A DNA stretch of 64,000 nucleotides from an uncultured bacterium (GTDB lineage Bacteria; Patescibacteriota; Microgenomatia; Levybacterales; UBA12049): assembly GCA_963826535.1 (NCBI GenBank), contig CAWGXL010000011.1, forward strand, positions 128,809-192,808. Direction: 5' to 3'. The first letter of the stretch is position 1. Each line of letters starts with the position of its first letter. This document shows positions 49,063 to 58,446 of this stretch, piece by piece. The position numbers and the translations under genes are program-made. The notes beneath the pieces are model-generated. The model did not search any database and was not told where the DNA came from. It was given only the letters and a program-made list of their open reading frames with translations.

Positions 49063-49521
49063 TTATTTTGTCGGTTGTCCAAACGCAGGTGTGTTTGGTG
49101 TAAAAGGCAGTGTACCTTCTCTGGAAATGTAAGCGTCATAACCACCTTTTATCAATAAATCGTGTTGTTGGCGAACACAAATGGCGTCATATGCGCCACA
49201 CACTATTACCGGTCTTCCTCTGGGAACATCAGCTCTTTGAGATGGCCCGGCAGTTGTGTAATCAAAATTATTTTCTATAATGCCTATTTCTTTAAGCAGC
49301 ATTTGGCGGGTTTCTTCGTCTATTTCTTGATCGCTTTTAATTACATTCTTATGGACTACGACATAGAATGGTGACCTATCTTTAACTTGTCCGGTTTCAT
49401 CAAAAAACTCTCGATAAGACCTAACTAGCGGAGTATTTATACGCTCTTTAAGTACTAATGCTCTTTGGTGTTCAGCATCCGCCTTATCAAGAAGAGTATC
49501 TATATCAATATATTCACCCAT
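49063..49521 (-). CDS. hypothetical protein
   Basis: 152-aa ORF with extended -10 just upstream; VIVCGAYDAICV faintly isochorismatase-like. Confidence 0.55.
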   Translation of the reverse strand: MGEYIDIDTLLDKADAEHQRALVLKERINTPLVRSYREFFDETGQVKDRSPFYVVVHKNVIKSDQEIDEETRQMLLKEIGIIENNFDYTTAGPSQRADVPRGRPVIVCGAYDAICVRQQHDLLIKGGYDAYISREGTLPFTPNTPAFGQPTK

Positions 49522-49568
49522 ACTTATATTGTATCAGAAGCAAATATTGCTTTGTAGATATGTATGTA

Positions 49569-49604
49569 TTGACAAAAAAGTAACCACTGTATATACTTTG
49601 GTTA
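49569..49604 (+). promoter_or_regulatory. sigma70 promoter with overlapping operator palindrome for the TA operon
   Basis: TTGACA-17-TATACT; TAACCA-N12-TGGTTA. Confidence 0.75.
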
Positions 49605-49605
49605 T

Positions 49606-49881
49606 ATGCAGACAGTTATACACATAAAAGCGGACAGAGAGGTTAAAGAGAATGCTATGAGTGCAGCAAAAGAGCTTGGACTTACATTAAGCGATGTCAT
49701 AAATGCGGCACTGCGAAATTTCATCAGAACAAGAGAGGTTATTTTTACTTCGCGGCCGCGTATGACGCCGGAGCTTGAAAAGTTACTGAACAAGGTTGAG
49801 TCTGATATTAAAAGGAAAAGAAACCTTTTCGGACCTTTTACAAACTCTGAGGAGATTGACAAATTTCTTGATTCTCGATGA
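49606..49881 (+). CDS. RelB/DinJ-like antitoxin
   Basis: RHH-type N-terminus (VIHIKAD...ELGLTLSDVINAAL); ATGA overlap with toxin. Confidence 0.8.
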   Translation: MQTVIHIKADREVKENAMSAAKELGLTLSDVINAALRNFIRTREVIFTSRPRMTPELEKLLNKVESDIKRKRNLFGPFTNSEEIDKFLDSR

Positions 49882-50135
49882 AAGTTTATCTTCATAAAAG
49901 TTTTTTTAAGGGCTATAAAAGGCTAAACAAATCACAACAAAATAAATTTAAAGAAAGAAAAAATCTGTTTCTCCTAGACGAATATAATCCAATTCTCAAT
50001 AATCATTCTCTTACTGGCCAGTACAAAGGATACAAAAGCATAAATGTGAGCGGGGACTTACGAGCGATATTTAAACAGAATAAAGAAATCGTGATTTTTG
50101 TAGCGGTTGGCTCTCATAGTAAATTGTATGGCTGA
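49878..50135 (+). CDS. RelE/YafQ family mRNA interferase toxin
   Basis: LNNHSLTG, SINVSGDLRAI, VGSHSKLY. Confidence 0.88.
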   Translation: MKVYLHKSFFKGYKRLNKSQQNKFKERKNLFLLDEYNPILNNHSLTGQYKGYKSINVSGDLRAIFKQNKEIVIFVAVGSHSKLYG

Positions 50136-50189
50136 ATGGTTATTTAGTAAGGGATTTTTATTGAGGCTATTTTATGGTAAGATATATTT

Positions 50190-52943
50190 ATGCTCAAATA
50201 CTTCTCAAAATTCTTAGATTCCAATATCCGGGAAATTAATCGCTTCAAGCCTGTGGTTGCGGAAATAAACGCATTGGAGGAAAAAGTAAAAAAATTAAAG
50301 GACAAAGACTTTGCGAAAAAAACGCAGGAGTTAAAGCAACGAGTTGCAGATGGAGAAAAGCTAAATCAAGTTCTTCCCGAAGCATTTGCGCTTGCCCGCG
50401 AGGCATCACGACGCGCAAGCGGTCTGCGTCACTTTGATGTTCAGCTTATGGCAGCAATGACACTCGCGCAGGGAAAAATCGCAGAACAGAAAACGGGTGA
50501 GGGGAAAACGCTCTCTGCTGTTCCTGCCTTATACTTACATAGCTTGACCGGACGCGGAGTACACTTGGTTACGGTGAATGATTATCTTGCCCGCCGCGAT
50601 GCAGGCTGGATGGGACCAATTTTCAATCTGCTTGGCGTTTCCGTATCCTCCATTATCAACAACCAGTCATTTATTTTTGATACAACCCACACAGTAGAAG
50701 ACACAAATGATTTCCGTCTGCGACATCTCAAACCTGTGGATCGTAAGCAAGCATATGCGGCTGATGTAACTTATGGCATTAACTCGGAATTCGGTTTTGA
50801 TTATCTGCGTGATAATATGGCACCTGACCTCAACAGCGTTGTGCAACGAGGATATTATTACGCGATCGTTGACGAGGTTGATTCTGTACTAATAGATGAG
50901 GCGAGGACTCCGCACATTATTTCCGCCCCTGATGAAGCTCCGTCTCAGCGGTATTATGAATATGCTAAGGTAGTTGATAAGTTGACTTCTGTTCTTGATT
51001 ATAAAATCGACGAAAAATTACGCACCACACATCTGACTGATCACGGTATTGCTAAAATTGAGAAACTATATGGCATTACAGACATTTACGAAAAAGATTT
51101 TGACACAATCTACCATTTAGAGGCGGCACTCAAAGCCCGTGCGCTTTTCCATAAAGAGAAAGATTATATTGTGAAAGACGGACAGGTAATTTTAGTTGAC
51201 GAATTTACAGGAAGGCTTATGGAGGGCAGAAGACTCTCAGAAGGAATTCATCAAGCAATTGAAGCCAAAGAAGGAGTCGCGATTCAGCGCGAATCCAAGA
51301 CACTGGCTACGGTTTCACTACAGAATTACTTCCGCATGTACGAAAATCTCGCAGGTATGACCGGCACGGCGCTTACGGAAGCCGAGGAGTTTCGTAAGAT
51401 ATATAAGCTAGATGTCATAGTTATTCCAACTCATGTTAATGTAACGCGTAAGGATGCACGGGATGCGGTTTACAAGACAGTCAATGCCAAATTTACAGCA
51501 GTTGTTTCCGAAATTGAAAGGGCGCATAAAGCGGGACAGCCAATTTTGGTCGGTACTACATCTATAGATAAAAACGAAATTATTTCGCAAATGCTAAAAA
51601 GAAAAGGCATAAAACACGAACTCCTCAATGCCAAAAATCATCTTAAAGAAGCACAGATCATCTCCGACGCAGGAAAAAAAGACGCAGTCACTATAGCAAC
51701 CAACATGGCGGGACGCGGTGTTGATATAGTGCTCGGCGGAGATATGCCCAAGCATAAAGACGGCAGGCCTAAGACCGAAACTCCGGAGTATAAAGCATGG
51801 GAGAAAGGCCACAAAGCAGTTGTAGATCGCGGCGGTCTATATGTCATTGGCACCGAGCGTCATGAATCGCGGCGCATTGATAATCAATTACGCGGACGTT
51901 CGGGGCGGCAAGGGGATCCCGGGGATTCCCGTTTTTTTGTCGCGTTAAATGATGATATTATGCGCCTGTTTGGCGGAGACCGGATCGCAGGAATTATGAC
52001 CAGATTTAACATGCCTGAAGATGTACCGCTTGAACATCCACTAGTTTCCAAATCCATTGAAAATGCCCAGGTAAAAGTGGAAGGATTTAATTTTGATAGC
52101 CGTAAACATCTCGTTCAATACGATGACGTACTTAATAAGCAGCGCGAAATTGTTTATAGGCTGCGACGAACGATCTTAGAAAAAGCAGCCACTGGGGACG
52201 CGACGCTCAAAGATGAGGTCCAAAAACGACTTTATCATGCCATCAAAACGTTCGTGGATGTATCTATCGCGCAATTAAATATTGAACCGGGGGCGATCAA
52301 TGAAAAAATTGTCGAGGATTTCACAACTATTATTCCTTTTGACGAAGCTTCCAAAAAGCAACTCGTTACCCAATTGCAACAAAGGCAACTACCAGAGGAA
52401 AAAACAGAATTCCTTACAAAAATAATCGATGATCTTTATATCAAACGCGAAGAACAGATCGGTAGTCCTCTCATGCGTCAAGTCGAAAAAATTGTCATGC
52501 TTTCGGTGCTGGATAATCTCTGGATGAACCATCTTGACGCAGTGGATAACCTCCGCCAGGGAATCGGACTTCGCGGTTATGCTCAGAAAGATCCATTGGT
52601 TGAATACAAAAACGAGGGCTATCGTATGTTCGAACAGCTTATGTGGGCAATTGACGATGAAATAGTCCACAGAATATTCAAAGTCCAAATCCAGGGGGAA
52701 CAACAGCTCCAACAACCACACGTCCACGTTCACGCAGTCACCAATACACCGGCAAGTGAAATTGGTGAGGATGCGAAAAGAGTGCAGGAAGTACAAAGAA
52801 ATCGCAGAACAGTAACTCAACCGGCAACCGCTGCAGCAATTGTCGGTTCAGCAGATCTTCAGAAAAAACTGGGGCGCAACGATCCTTGTCCATGCGGGTC
52901 AGGAAAAAAGTGGAAGAAGTGCCACTATCCAAATATTCCCTAG
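50190..52943 (+). CDS. secA: protein translocase subunit SecA
   Basis: KTGEGKT, VDEVDS, TNMAGRG, GRSGRQGD, SEC-C GRNDPCPCGSGKKWKKCH. Confidence 0.99.
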   Translation: MLKYFSKFLDSNIREINRFKPVVAEINALEEKVKKLKDKDFAKKTQELKQRVADGEKLNQVLPEAFALAREASRRASGLRHFDVQLMAAMTLAQGKIAEQKTGEGKTLSAVPALYLHSLTGRGVHLVTVNDYLARRDAGWMGPIFNLLGVSVSSIINNQSFIFDTTHTVEDTNDFRLRHLKPVDRKQAYAADVTYGINSEFGFDYLRDNMAPDLNSVVQRGYYYAIVDEVDSVLIDEARTPHIISAPDEAPSQRYYEYAKVVDKLTSVLDYKIDEKLRTTHLTDHGIAKIEKLYGITDIYEKDFDTIYHLEAALKARALFHKEKDYIVKDGQVILVDEFTGRLMEGRRLSEGIHQAIEAKEGVAIQRESKTLATVSLQNYFRMYENLAGMTGTALTEAEEFRKIYKLDVIVIPTHVNVTRKDARDAVYKTVNAKFTAVVSEIERAHKAGQPILVGTTSIDKNEIISQMLKRKGIKHELLNAKNHLKEAQIISDAGKKDAVTIATNMAGRGVDIVLGGDMPKHKDGRPKTETPEYKAWEKGHKAVVDRGGLYVIGTERHESRRIDNQLRGRSGRQGDPGDSRFFVALNDDIMRLFGGDRIAGIMTRFNMPEDVPLEHPLVSKSIENAQVKVEGFNFDSRKHLVQYDDVLNKQREIVYRLRRTILEKAATGDATLKDEVQKRLYHAIKTFVDVSIAQLNIEPGAINEKIVEDFTTIIPFDEASKKQLVTQLQQRQLPEEKTEFLTKIIDDLYIKREEQIGSPLMRQVEKIVMLSVLDNLWMNHLDAVDNLRQGIGLRGYAQKDPLVEYKNEGYRMFEQLMWAIDDEIVHRIFKVQIQGEQQLQQPHVHVHAVTNTPASEIGEDAKRVQEVQRNRRTVTQPATAAAIVGSADLQKKLGRNDPCPCGSGKKWKKCHYPNIP

Positions 52944-52996
52944 ATGGCATGCTTGTTTCACCTTCCAGGTAAAGGATTGTTCATCGGATATCAGCT

Positions 52997-53476
52997 ATGA
53001 AAGTTGAAAACATTAAAACAGCACAAAGAATAATTGAAAAAGTTTTATATATCACAATTGCTACCGTGACAAAGAGTGGTACTCCTTGGAACACTCCAGT
53101 TTTTAGTGCTTATGATAAAGATTACAACTTCTATTGGGGATCATATAGCGATAGTCAACATTCAAAAAACTTAAGAGCTAATAGTAATTTATTCTTAGTG
53201 ATCTATGACTCTACTGTTCCTGCAGGGACAGGTGAAGGTGTGTATGTCAAAGCTCGTGGGATAGAGTTAGAGGATTCTGAAGAAATCGCATTCGCGCATA
53301 ACCTTCTTAATAAACGACACTCGGTGCCGTATTGGAAAATAAAACAAGTAAAAGGCGCAGGCCCAATCCGCCTATATAAAGCAGTCCCTCAAAAATTCTG
53401 GTTAAACGGAGAGGGCGAGATTAGGGGAAATTATATTGACAAACTAGAGGGAATTGACCTGTCGCATAATGAGTAA
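52997..53476 (+). CDS. pyridoxamine 5'-phosphate oxidase-like FMN-binding protein
   Basis: TIATV...PWNTPV, SQHSKN. Confidence 0.8.
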   Translation: MKVENIKTAQRIIEKVLYITIATVTKSGTPWNTPVFSAYDKDYNFYWGSYSDSQHSKNLRANSNLFLVIYDSTVPAGTGEGVYVKARGIELEDSEEIAFAHNLLNKRHSVPYWKIKQVKGAGPIRLYKAVPQKFWLNGEGEIRGNYIDKLEGIDLSHNE

Positions 53477-53687
53477 AGATAATATCAAGAATTTAGCCGG
53501 AGCAAGTTTGTAACTTGCTCCGAAATGTTACTACGGCGAGCATAGAGGCTAATCCACGATTTTACAAATTTACGCAAATTTGTAAAAAAATATTTACACC
53601 CATGAAATTTATATGGTAACCTATTTGGATAACATTTCAAAAAATGCTACTTTTAGAATACATATTAACAGAGTATAATACAGGTAT

Positions 53688-53936
53688 ATGAAGAAACGTG
53701 AAATAAAAACTAATACATTTACATTTCCCGTCATCATAGAAAAAGATGAAGATGGGTTTTTCGTTGCTGATTGTCCTGATCTTCAGGGATGTCATACACA
53801 AGGAAAAAGCTTAGAGGAGGCGATAACAAATATCCGGGACGCGATCAAGATACATGTCAAAATTTTGCGAGAAGATAAAGAAGAAATCCCCCAACTAGAA
53901 GCTGTAAGCTTAACTTCATTACAAATAGCAATATAA
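53688..53936 (+). CDS. hicB: HicB family antitoxin
   Basis: FPVIIEKDEDGFFVADCPDLQGCHTQGKSLEEA. Confidence 0.9.
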   Translation: MKKREIKTNTFTFPVIIEKDEDGFFVADCPDLQGCHTQGKSLEEAITNIRDAIKIHVKILREDKEEIPQLEAVSLTSLQIAI

Positions 53937-54169
53937 TGTCGAAATTGCCGCAAGTCAAAGCAAGAGATTTAATCAAAATAGTCGAAAAACTTGGTTTTGC
54001 TTTTAGAGACCAAAGCGGTAGTCATGCGGTTTATATTCACTAGGATGGAAGAAGAACGACCATCTCGGTTCATCCAACAGACACAATTGGAACAGGATTG
54101 CTGACAAAAATAATCAAGAAAGATTTGCAAATTAGCAGAAATGATTTTCTTAAATTGCTTAAAAAATAG
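53936..54169 (+). pseudogene. hicA: HicA family toxin with in-frame TAG at codon 36
   Basis: MSKLPQVK...LGF...QSGSHAVYIH*DGRRTTISVH...GLLTKII; TAG at 54041-54043; TAATG overlap with hicB. Confidence 0.85.
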
Positions 54170-54295
54170 AAGCTAATGGGCTTGTGTGGTAGCCTAATTG
54201 GATGGCATTTCAAAAAATGCCAATATCCTCAGGTTCCGTAGGCGTGAAGACTATCACACTCAGGATTTGCAAACACCTAGCTATAAGGTATGGGT

Positions 54296-54726
54296 TTATT
54301 CTAAAACAGAAAGTAGTTTTAATTTTATTTCTTCTTTTAACTCTCCTTGTTCAATAAGCGATTCGATAATTTCTGATAGTAAATCTTTATCTATTCTCTT
54401 CTGAGCTACCCATAATACAATATTTTCCATTTCTATAATAAATGTACCCACCCTACGTCCATAACCATTAATTTCTAAAAAAAACCCCCTAACGCAATAG
54501 CGGATCGTTTATTGCCATCTGAGAAAGCGTGATTCATTGCAACAGAATAAACAATATGCGTTAGCTTATCTGATATAGTTGGATAGTATTTGTCATTCCT
54601 GACGTGCTCAATTACACTTTCAAGAAGTCCGACATCATGCATTCCTAAAGATCCACCCGAGATCTCTATTATCTTGTCATGCGTTTGGATTGCATGCTTA
54701 AGATCAAAGTAAAGAATCAAAAACAT
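54296..54726 (-). pseudogene. Fic/Doc (death-on-curing) toxin frameshifted in a T8 run
   Basis: HAFSDGNKRSA; one extra T at 54477-54484 gives FFLEING...VLE*. Confidence 0.85.
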
Positions 54727-54730
54727 AGAT

Positions 54731-55756
54731 TTATTTATCTTTTAGCCGTTTAAACACCTCTTTATTTTCTTTTATTCTTTTTTCTAATTCTTTACTTTTT
54801 TCCCCAAGAAATCTTTCAAATTCTTCTGTATTTAAGGGCTGTATATAATTACTTAATTCTGGATGAATAATACCTCGTAAAGCATTATCTCTGCTGGACA
54901 TTTTTATTCTTACTACTTCAATTTGTGGTTTCCAAATAGGATTATTCTCAAATTCTCCAAATAGCTGATTGGTTTCTTCTTCATTTAATTTTCTTTTTAG
55001 CTCTTCAAATTTCTTTTTTATTTCGTGGGCTAAACCGGTTTCATATGAAGCTATTATTGTTAATACCTCTGCGTACATCGTATCTCTCATATTGTCTTCT
55101 TTAGTTAATTCCAATATATTCTTATATTCATGAGCTTTTTCTTTAAAAATACTAGTATAAATTTTATTAGTATAATTTAAATATTTAATATTACCACCCA
55201 TGTTTACGTAACGTTTTAATGCTTCCAAGAATTCTTTTCTATAATTTTGCCCTATATACAAACTAATTAAATAATCATCATCTCGTTGATTTATATATTT
55301 TGTACTTCCGCCTGTTTTTTTACTAACTACATCTATAACAATATTAAGAATTACACCTCTTAAAATACGTGCTTTTTCACTTTCTTTTAAGAGCATTCCT
55401 AAGTTTAAAAATGCTCTAAAATTAAATAAACCAAGGTTTCTAGTTTTGCGAGTGACATTGATGTCACTCGCAAATTGATTCGTGAAGCTAGCCAGTCTAT
55501 CTCCTGTTAAAACTTCATAACCATTTTCTTCTAACTCATCGCTATATTTAGCTAAATATCTACGTAATGTTCGGAGGTCAATTTCATAAAAAGAAATTAT
55601 TTGTTCAGCAGTATATCTGTATTCATTTTCAAATTTAACTCCTTTTATGCCGACCGCTTTTTGAGCATGCTCCAATGCAAAAGGATTGTTTAGTATGTTT
55701 TTTCTATCTAATGCGGAGCTATCTAACTTTGCAGGTGCTTTACGTTTCACGACCAT
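54731..55756 (-). CDS. putative DNA-binding protein upstream of the Doc toxin (partner)
   Basis: LDRKNILNN, HTH-like FYEIDLRTLRRY, FLNLGMLL, KTGGSTKYINQRD. Confidence 0.7.
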   Translation of the reverse strand: MVVKRKAPAKLDSSALDRKNILNNPFALEHAQKAVGIKGVKFENEYRYTAEQIISFYEIDLRTLRRYLAKYSDELEENGYEVLTGDRLASFTNQFASDINVTRKTRNLGLFNFRAFLNLGMLLKESEKARILRGVILNIVIDVVSKKTGGSTKYINQRDDDYLISLYIGQNYRKEFLEALKRYVNMGGNIKYLNYTNKIYTSIFKEKAHEYKNILELTKEDNMRDTMYAEVLTIIASYETGLAHEIKKKFEELKRKLNEEETNQLFGEFENNPIWKPQIEVVRIKMSSRDNALRGIIHPELSNYIQPLNTEEFERFLGEKSKELEKRIKENKEVFKRLKDK

Positions 55757-55962
55757 ATTATATCATTATTATTTGTTAATTTGATAAGATAATAAACAAG
55801 GTTGCACATAAATGAGGAAGAGTCCGGTACCCTATTTGACAAACAATTCAAAAAATGCCAATATCCCAATATTCCTTAAATTTCCCATGTGGTATATCTG
55901 TAACCACCTCCCAAACTTATCAATCTAGTATTTTCAGATAGCTTGATTTATAATCAGATTAT

Positions 55963-56394
55963 ATGAAAATGAGCTTTATTATTTATATAGTTATAGGGGC
56001 AATTATACTCGGCGGACTGTTCTTTGTTTTCAAACCGAAAACGCAAAATTCCATAACCCCAAATTCTCAAGTAACGACGGGAGAAAAAAAAGAATCAACA
56101 CGAAATGAGGTTACACCGCAGTCAAATAAAAAAACATTTGACTTAGCCATTAAAAATAAACAAATTGTTTCCGGTGAGCAAACTTTAAAGGTTAATCAAG
56201 AGGATGAAGTAACTATTATGATTACGTCAGATGTGGCGGATGAATTCCATCTTCATGCTTATGATAAGATTGTAAAGCTTGAGCCAAACATACAAGCGAC
56301 GCTCACCTTTACAGCAAATCTTTCCGGGAGGTATCCTTTTGAACTTGAGCAATCGGGAACAGAACTTGGTTTTTTGGAAGTACAACCGAAATGA
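55963..56394 (+). CDS. membrane-anchored cupredoxin-like domain protein
   Basis: N-terminal TM; LKVNQEDEV, EFHLHAYD, FTANLSGRYPFE. Confidence 0.7.
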   Translation: MKMSFIIYIVIGAIILGGLFFVFKPKTQNSITPNSQVTTGEKKESTRNEVTPQSNKKTFDLAIKNKQIVSGEQTLKVNQEDEVTIMITSDVADEFHLHAYDKIVKLEPNIQATLTFTANLSGRYPFELEQSGTELGFLEVQPK

Positions 56395-56400
56395 TTGTAA

Positions 56401-57792
56401 ATGATAAAAGTAATTTCAGTTTTAATCACTCTTTTACTCCCCTTTATCTTCCCTAATGCAACTTCAGCTCATGCATTTGGCCAATTGTACAATTTGCCTA
56501 TTCCTTTTTGGATGTATCTGTATGGAGGAGCAGCAGCAATTGTCGTCTCGTTTCTGATTATTGGCTTTTTTTTCAATAACAACATCAATCCGACTAATTA
56601 TCCAAAACGTGACATATCAAAAAATCTTTTTGTCCGATTTCTGAATGCGCGCAAAACTGTAGCTCTTCTTAAAGTATTAAGCGTTTTTCTTCTTTTCCTG
56701 ACGATTATTTCAGGATTTATTGGAACAAATAGATCAACTGCAAATTTTAATATGACATTTTTTTGGATTATCTTTGTTCTTGGTCTTATGTACTTTACTG
56801 CGCTTTTTGGTAATGTTTGGGCAATTCTCAATCCATTGAAAATTATAGCTGACAAAGCTGAAACTTTATGGCCAAAGCTTATTAAAGGTAATACTAAGTA
56901 TCCTGAGAAACTCGGATATTATCCGGCTTTGCTATTATATTTCATCTTTATATGGATCGAGCTATTTTTTGGCACCACCCCTTTTTCACTTTCCTTTCTG
57001 ATTTTATATTATTTTGTTTTTAACATTTATGGTGTGCTTGTTTTTGGTAAAAAAGATTGGTTTAAGTATGGTGAATTTTTTAGTGTTCTCCTGCGTTTAA
57101 TCGGAAAAATTGCTTTATTTGAAAATGACAAAGGGGTGGTGTACGCGCGACCACCGTTTGTTGGTCTTTTGAAAGGTAAAGCGGAACAATTAAGCTTGCT
57201 CTTTTTTATAATCTTTATGCTTTCATCAACTGCTTTTGATGGGTTTCATAATACGCAAATATTTTATGATTTAATACCTGTAAATGTGAACTCCTATCTA
57301 CTTTCCCAGACAATAGGCTTAGCTTTTTCTCTAGTTTTCTTTTTACTTATATACTTAATTCTTATGTTTCTTGCAAAATTAATAACTAAGAGCGCAATTC
57401 CATTAAGAAATTTAGCATTACAATTTTCATTTTCTCTTATCCCAATTGCTTTAGTTTATAATATCGCTCATTATTATACTTTGCTCCTTACCCAAGGGCA
57501 GACTATAATTCGACTCATATCGGATCCATTTGGATTTGGTTGGGATTTATTTCACTCTGCAGGTTATGAAATAAATTATGCGGTTATTGATATGAACTTC
57601 ATTTGGCATTCTCAAATAGCATTTATTCTTGTAGGTCATATCGCTGCTGTTTATATCGCACATATTATTGCACTTCGGACTTTCCCAACACATAAAAAAG
57701 CCTTACTTAGCCAAATACCAATGCTTATATTAATGGTAGTCTATACTATGATAGGACTTTGGATTTTGGCTCAACAAGTTACAAACGGATAA
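56401..57792 (+). CDS. polytopic membrane protein with signal peptide and predicted His1
   Basis: ATSA-HAFGQLYNLPIP, STAFDG, AHYY, SDPFG, GHIAAVYIAH. Confidence 0.75.
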   Translation: MIKVISVLITLLLPFIFPNATSAHAFGQLYNLPIPFWMYLYGGAAAIVVSFLIIGFFFNNNINPTNYPKRDISKNLFVRFLNARKTVALLKVLSVFLLFLTIISGFIGTNRSTANFNMTFFWIIFVLGLMYFTALFGNVWAILNPLKIIADKAETLWPKLIKGNTKYPEKLGYYPALLLYFIFIWIELFFGTTPFSLSFLILYYFVFNIYGVLVFGKKDWFKYGEFFSVLLRLIGKIALFENDKGVVYARPPFVGLLKGKAEQLSLLFFIIFMLSSTAFDGFHNTQIFYDLIPVNVNSYLLSQTIGLAFSLVFFLLIYLILMFLAKLITKSAIPLRNLALQFSFSLIPIALVYNIAHYYTLLLTQGQTIIRLISDPFGFGWDLFHSAGYEINYAVIDMNFIWHSQIAFILVGHIAAVYIAHIIALRTFPTHKKALLSQIPMLILMVVYTMIGLWILAQQVTNG

Positions 57793-57794
57793 TA

Positions 57795-58427
57795 ATGAAA
57801 GTTTTAATACTCATTTTTCTTGCCATTTTTTGCTTCTGTTTCTTAGTACATCCTGCTGATGCGCATATTAATGGTCAATCAGTTTTTAAAATTAACGGAA
57901 GAAATACAATAGTTGAACCGGTTAAAAACTTACGCTCCATAGATGAACTTCAGGATATAGCTCCTGAAGAGCATGGAATAAATCAAACCTTAACATTTGA
58001 GGTAGAAATTGCAAAATACCCGACCCCAAAGAATATATTTGAAAGGACAAATTTCATATGGGATTTCGCCGATGGAACAGGAAAACAAACAATTAAGTAT
58101 GGGTTCAAGAATACCCACATTTACAGTAAAGAAGGACAATATCTAATAACTGTTTATGCTGACTATAAATCAGCAGGTTTTACCCTTGAACCGCAATTAT
58201 TACAATCGGTAATAATACACATCAATTCTAAAATATTACAAGGGAAATCAGAGCAAAATACATTATCACAAACTGTACAAAATACACAAAATAAACAAGA
58301 AGGATTATCACAATTATTTCTGTATTTATTTCCGGCAATCATAGTTGGAATTGGAATTTATATTTATTTTTTCTTAATAAGAAAATCCAAAAGGCGTAAA
58401 AAAGTAACAAATAGAAAGTCCACCTGA
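57795..58427 (+). CDS. exported PKD-domain protein with C-terminal TM, predicted His1
   Basis: PADA-HING, FKING, WDFADG; paralogous to 43785-44651. Confidence 0.75.
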   Translation: MKVLILIFLAIFCFCFLVHPADAHINGQSVFKINGRNTIVEPVKNLRSIDELQDIAPEEHGINQTLTFEVEIAKYPTPKNIFERTNFIWDFADGTGKQTIKYGFKNTHIYSKEGQYLITVYADYKSAGFTLEPQLLQSVIIHINSKILQGKSEQNTLSQTVQNTQNKQEGLSQLFLYLFPAIIVGIGIYIYFFLIRKSKRRKKVTNRKST

Positions 58428-58446
58428 TATTGCGTAAAGTTAACCT

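Larger units (their letters stand above)
53615..55858 (+). repeat. three 33-bp imperfect direct repeats (53615-53647, 54188-54220, 55826-55858)
   Basis: GGTAnCCTAwTTG....CAwTTCAAAAAATGC; copy 1 matches copy 2 at 29/33 and copy 3 at 28/33. Confidence 0.8.

Noticed and set aside
53497-53586. Two hairpins (CGGAGCAAGT...ACTTGCTCCG; TTTTACAAATTT...AAATTTGTAAAA) as an ncRNA
   Set aside because: Could be terminators or element remnants; no recognisable RNA family features
54041-54043. Stop-codon reassignment explaining in-frame stops
   Set aside because: TAG ends secA and pcrA and TGA ends several genes at the expected positions, so the standard code applies
53615-55858. Direct repeats as a CRISPR array
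   Set aside because: Spacing is 0.5-1.6 kb with whole genes between copies; no cas genes
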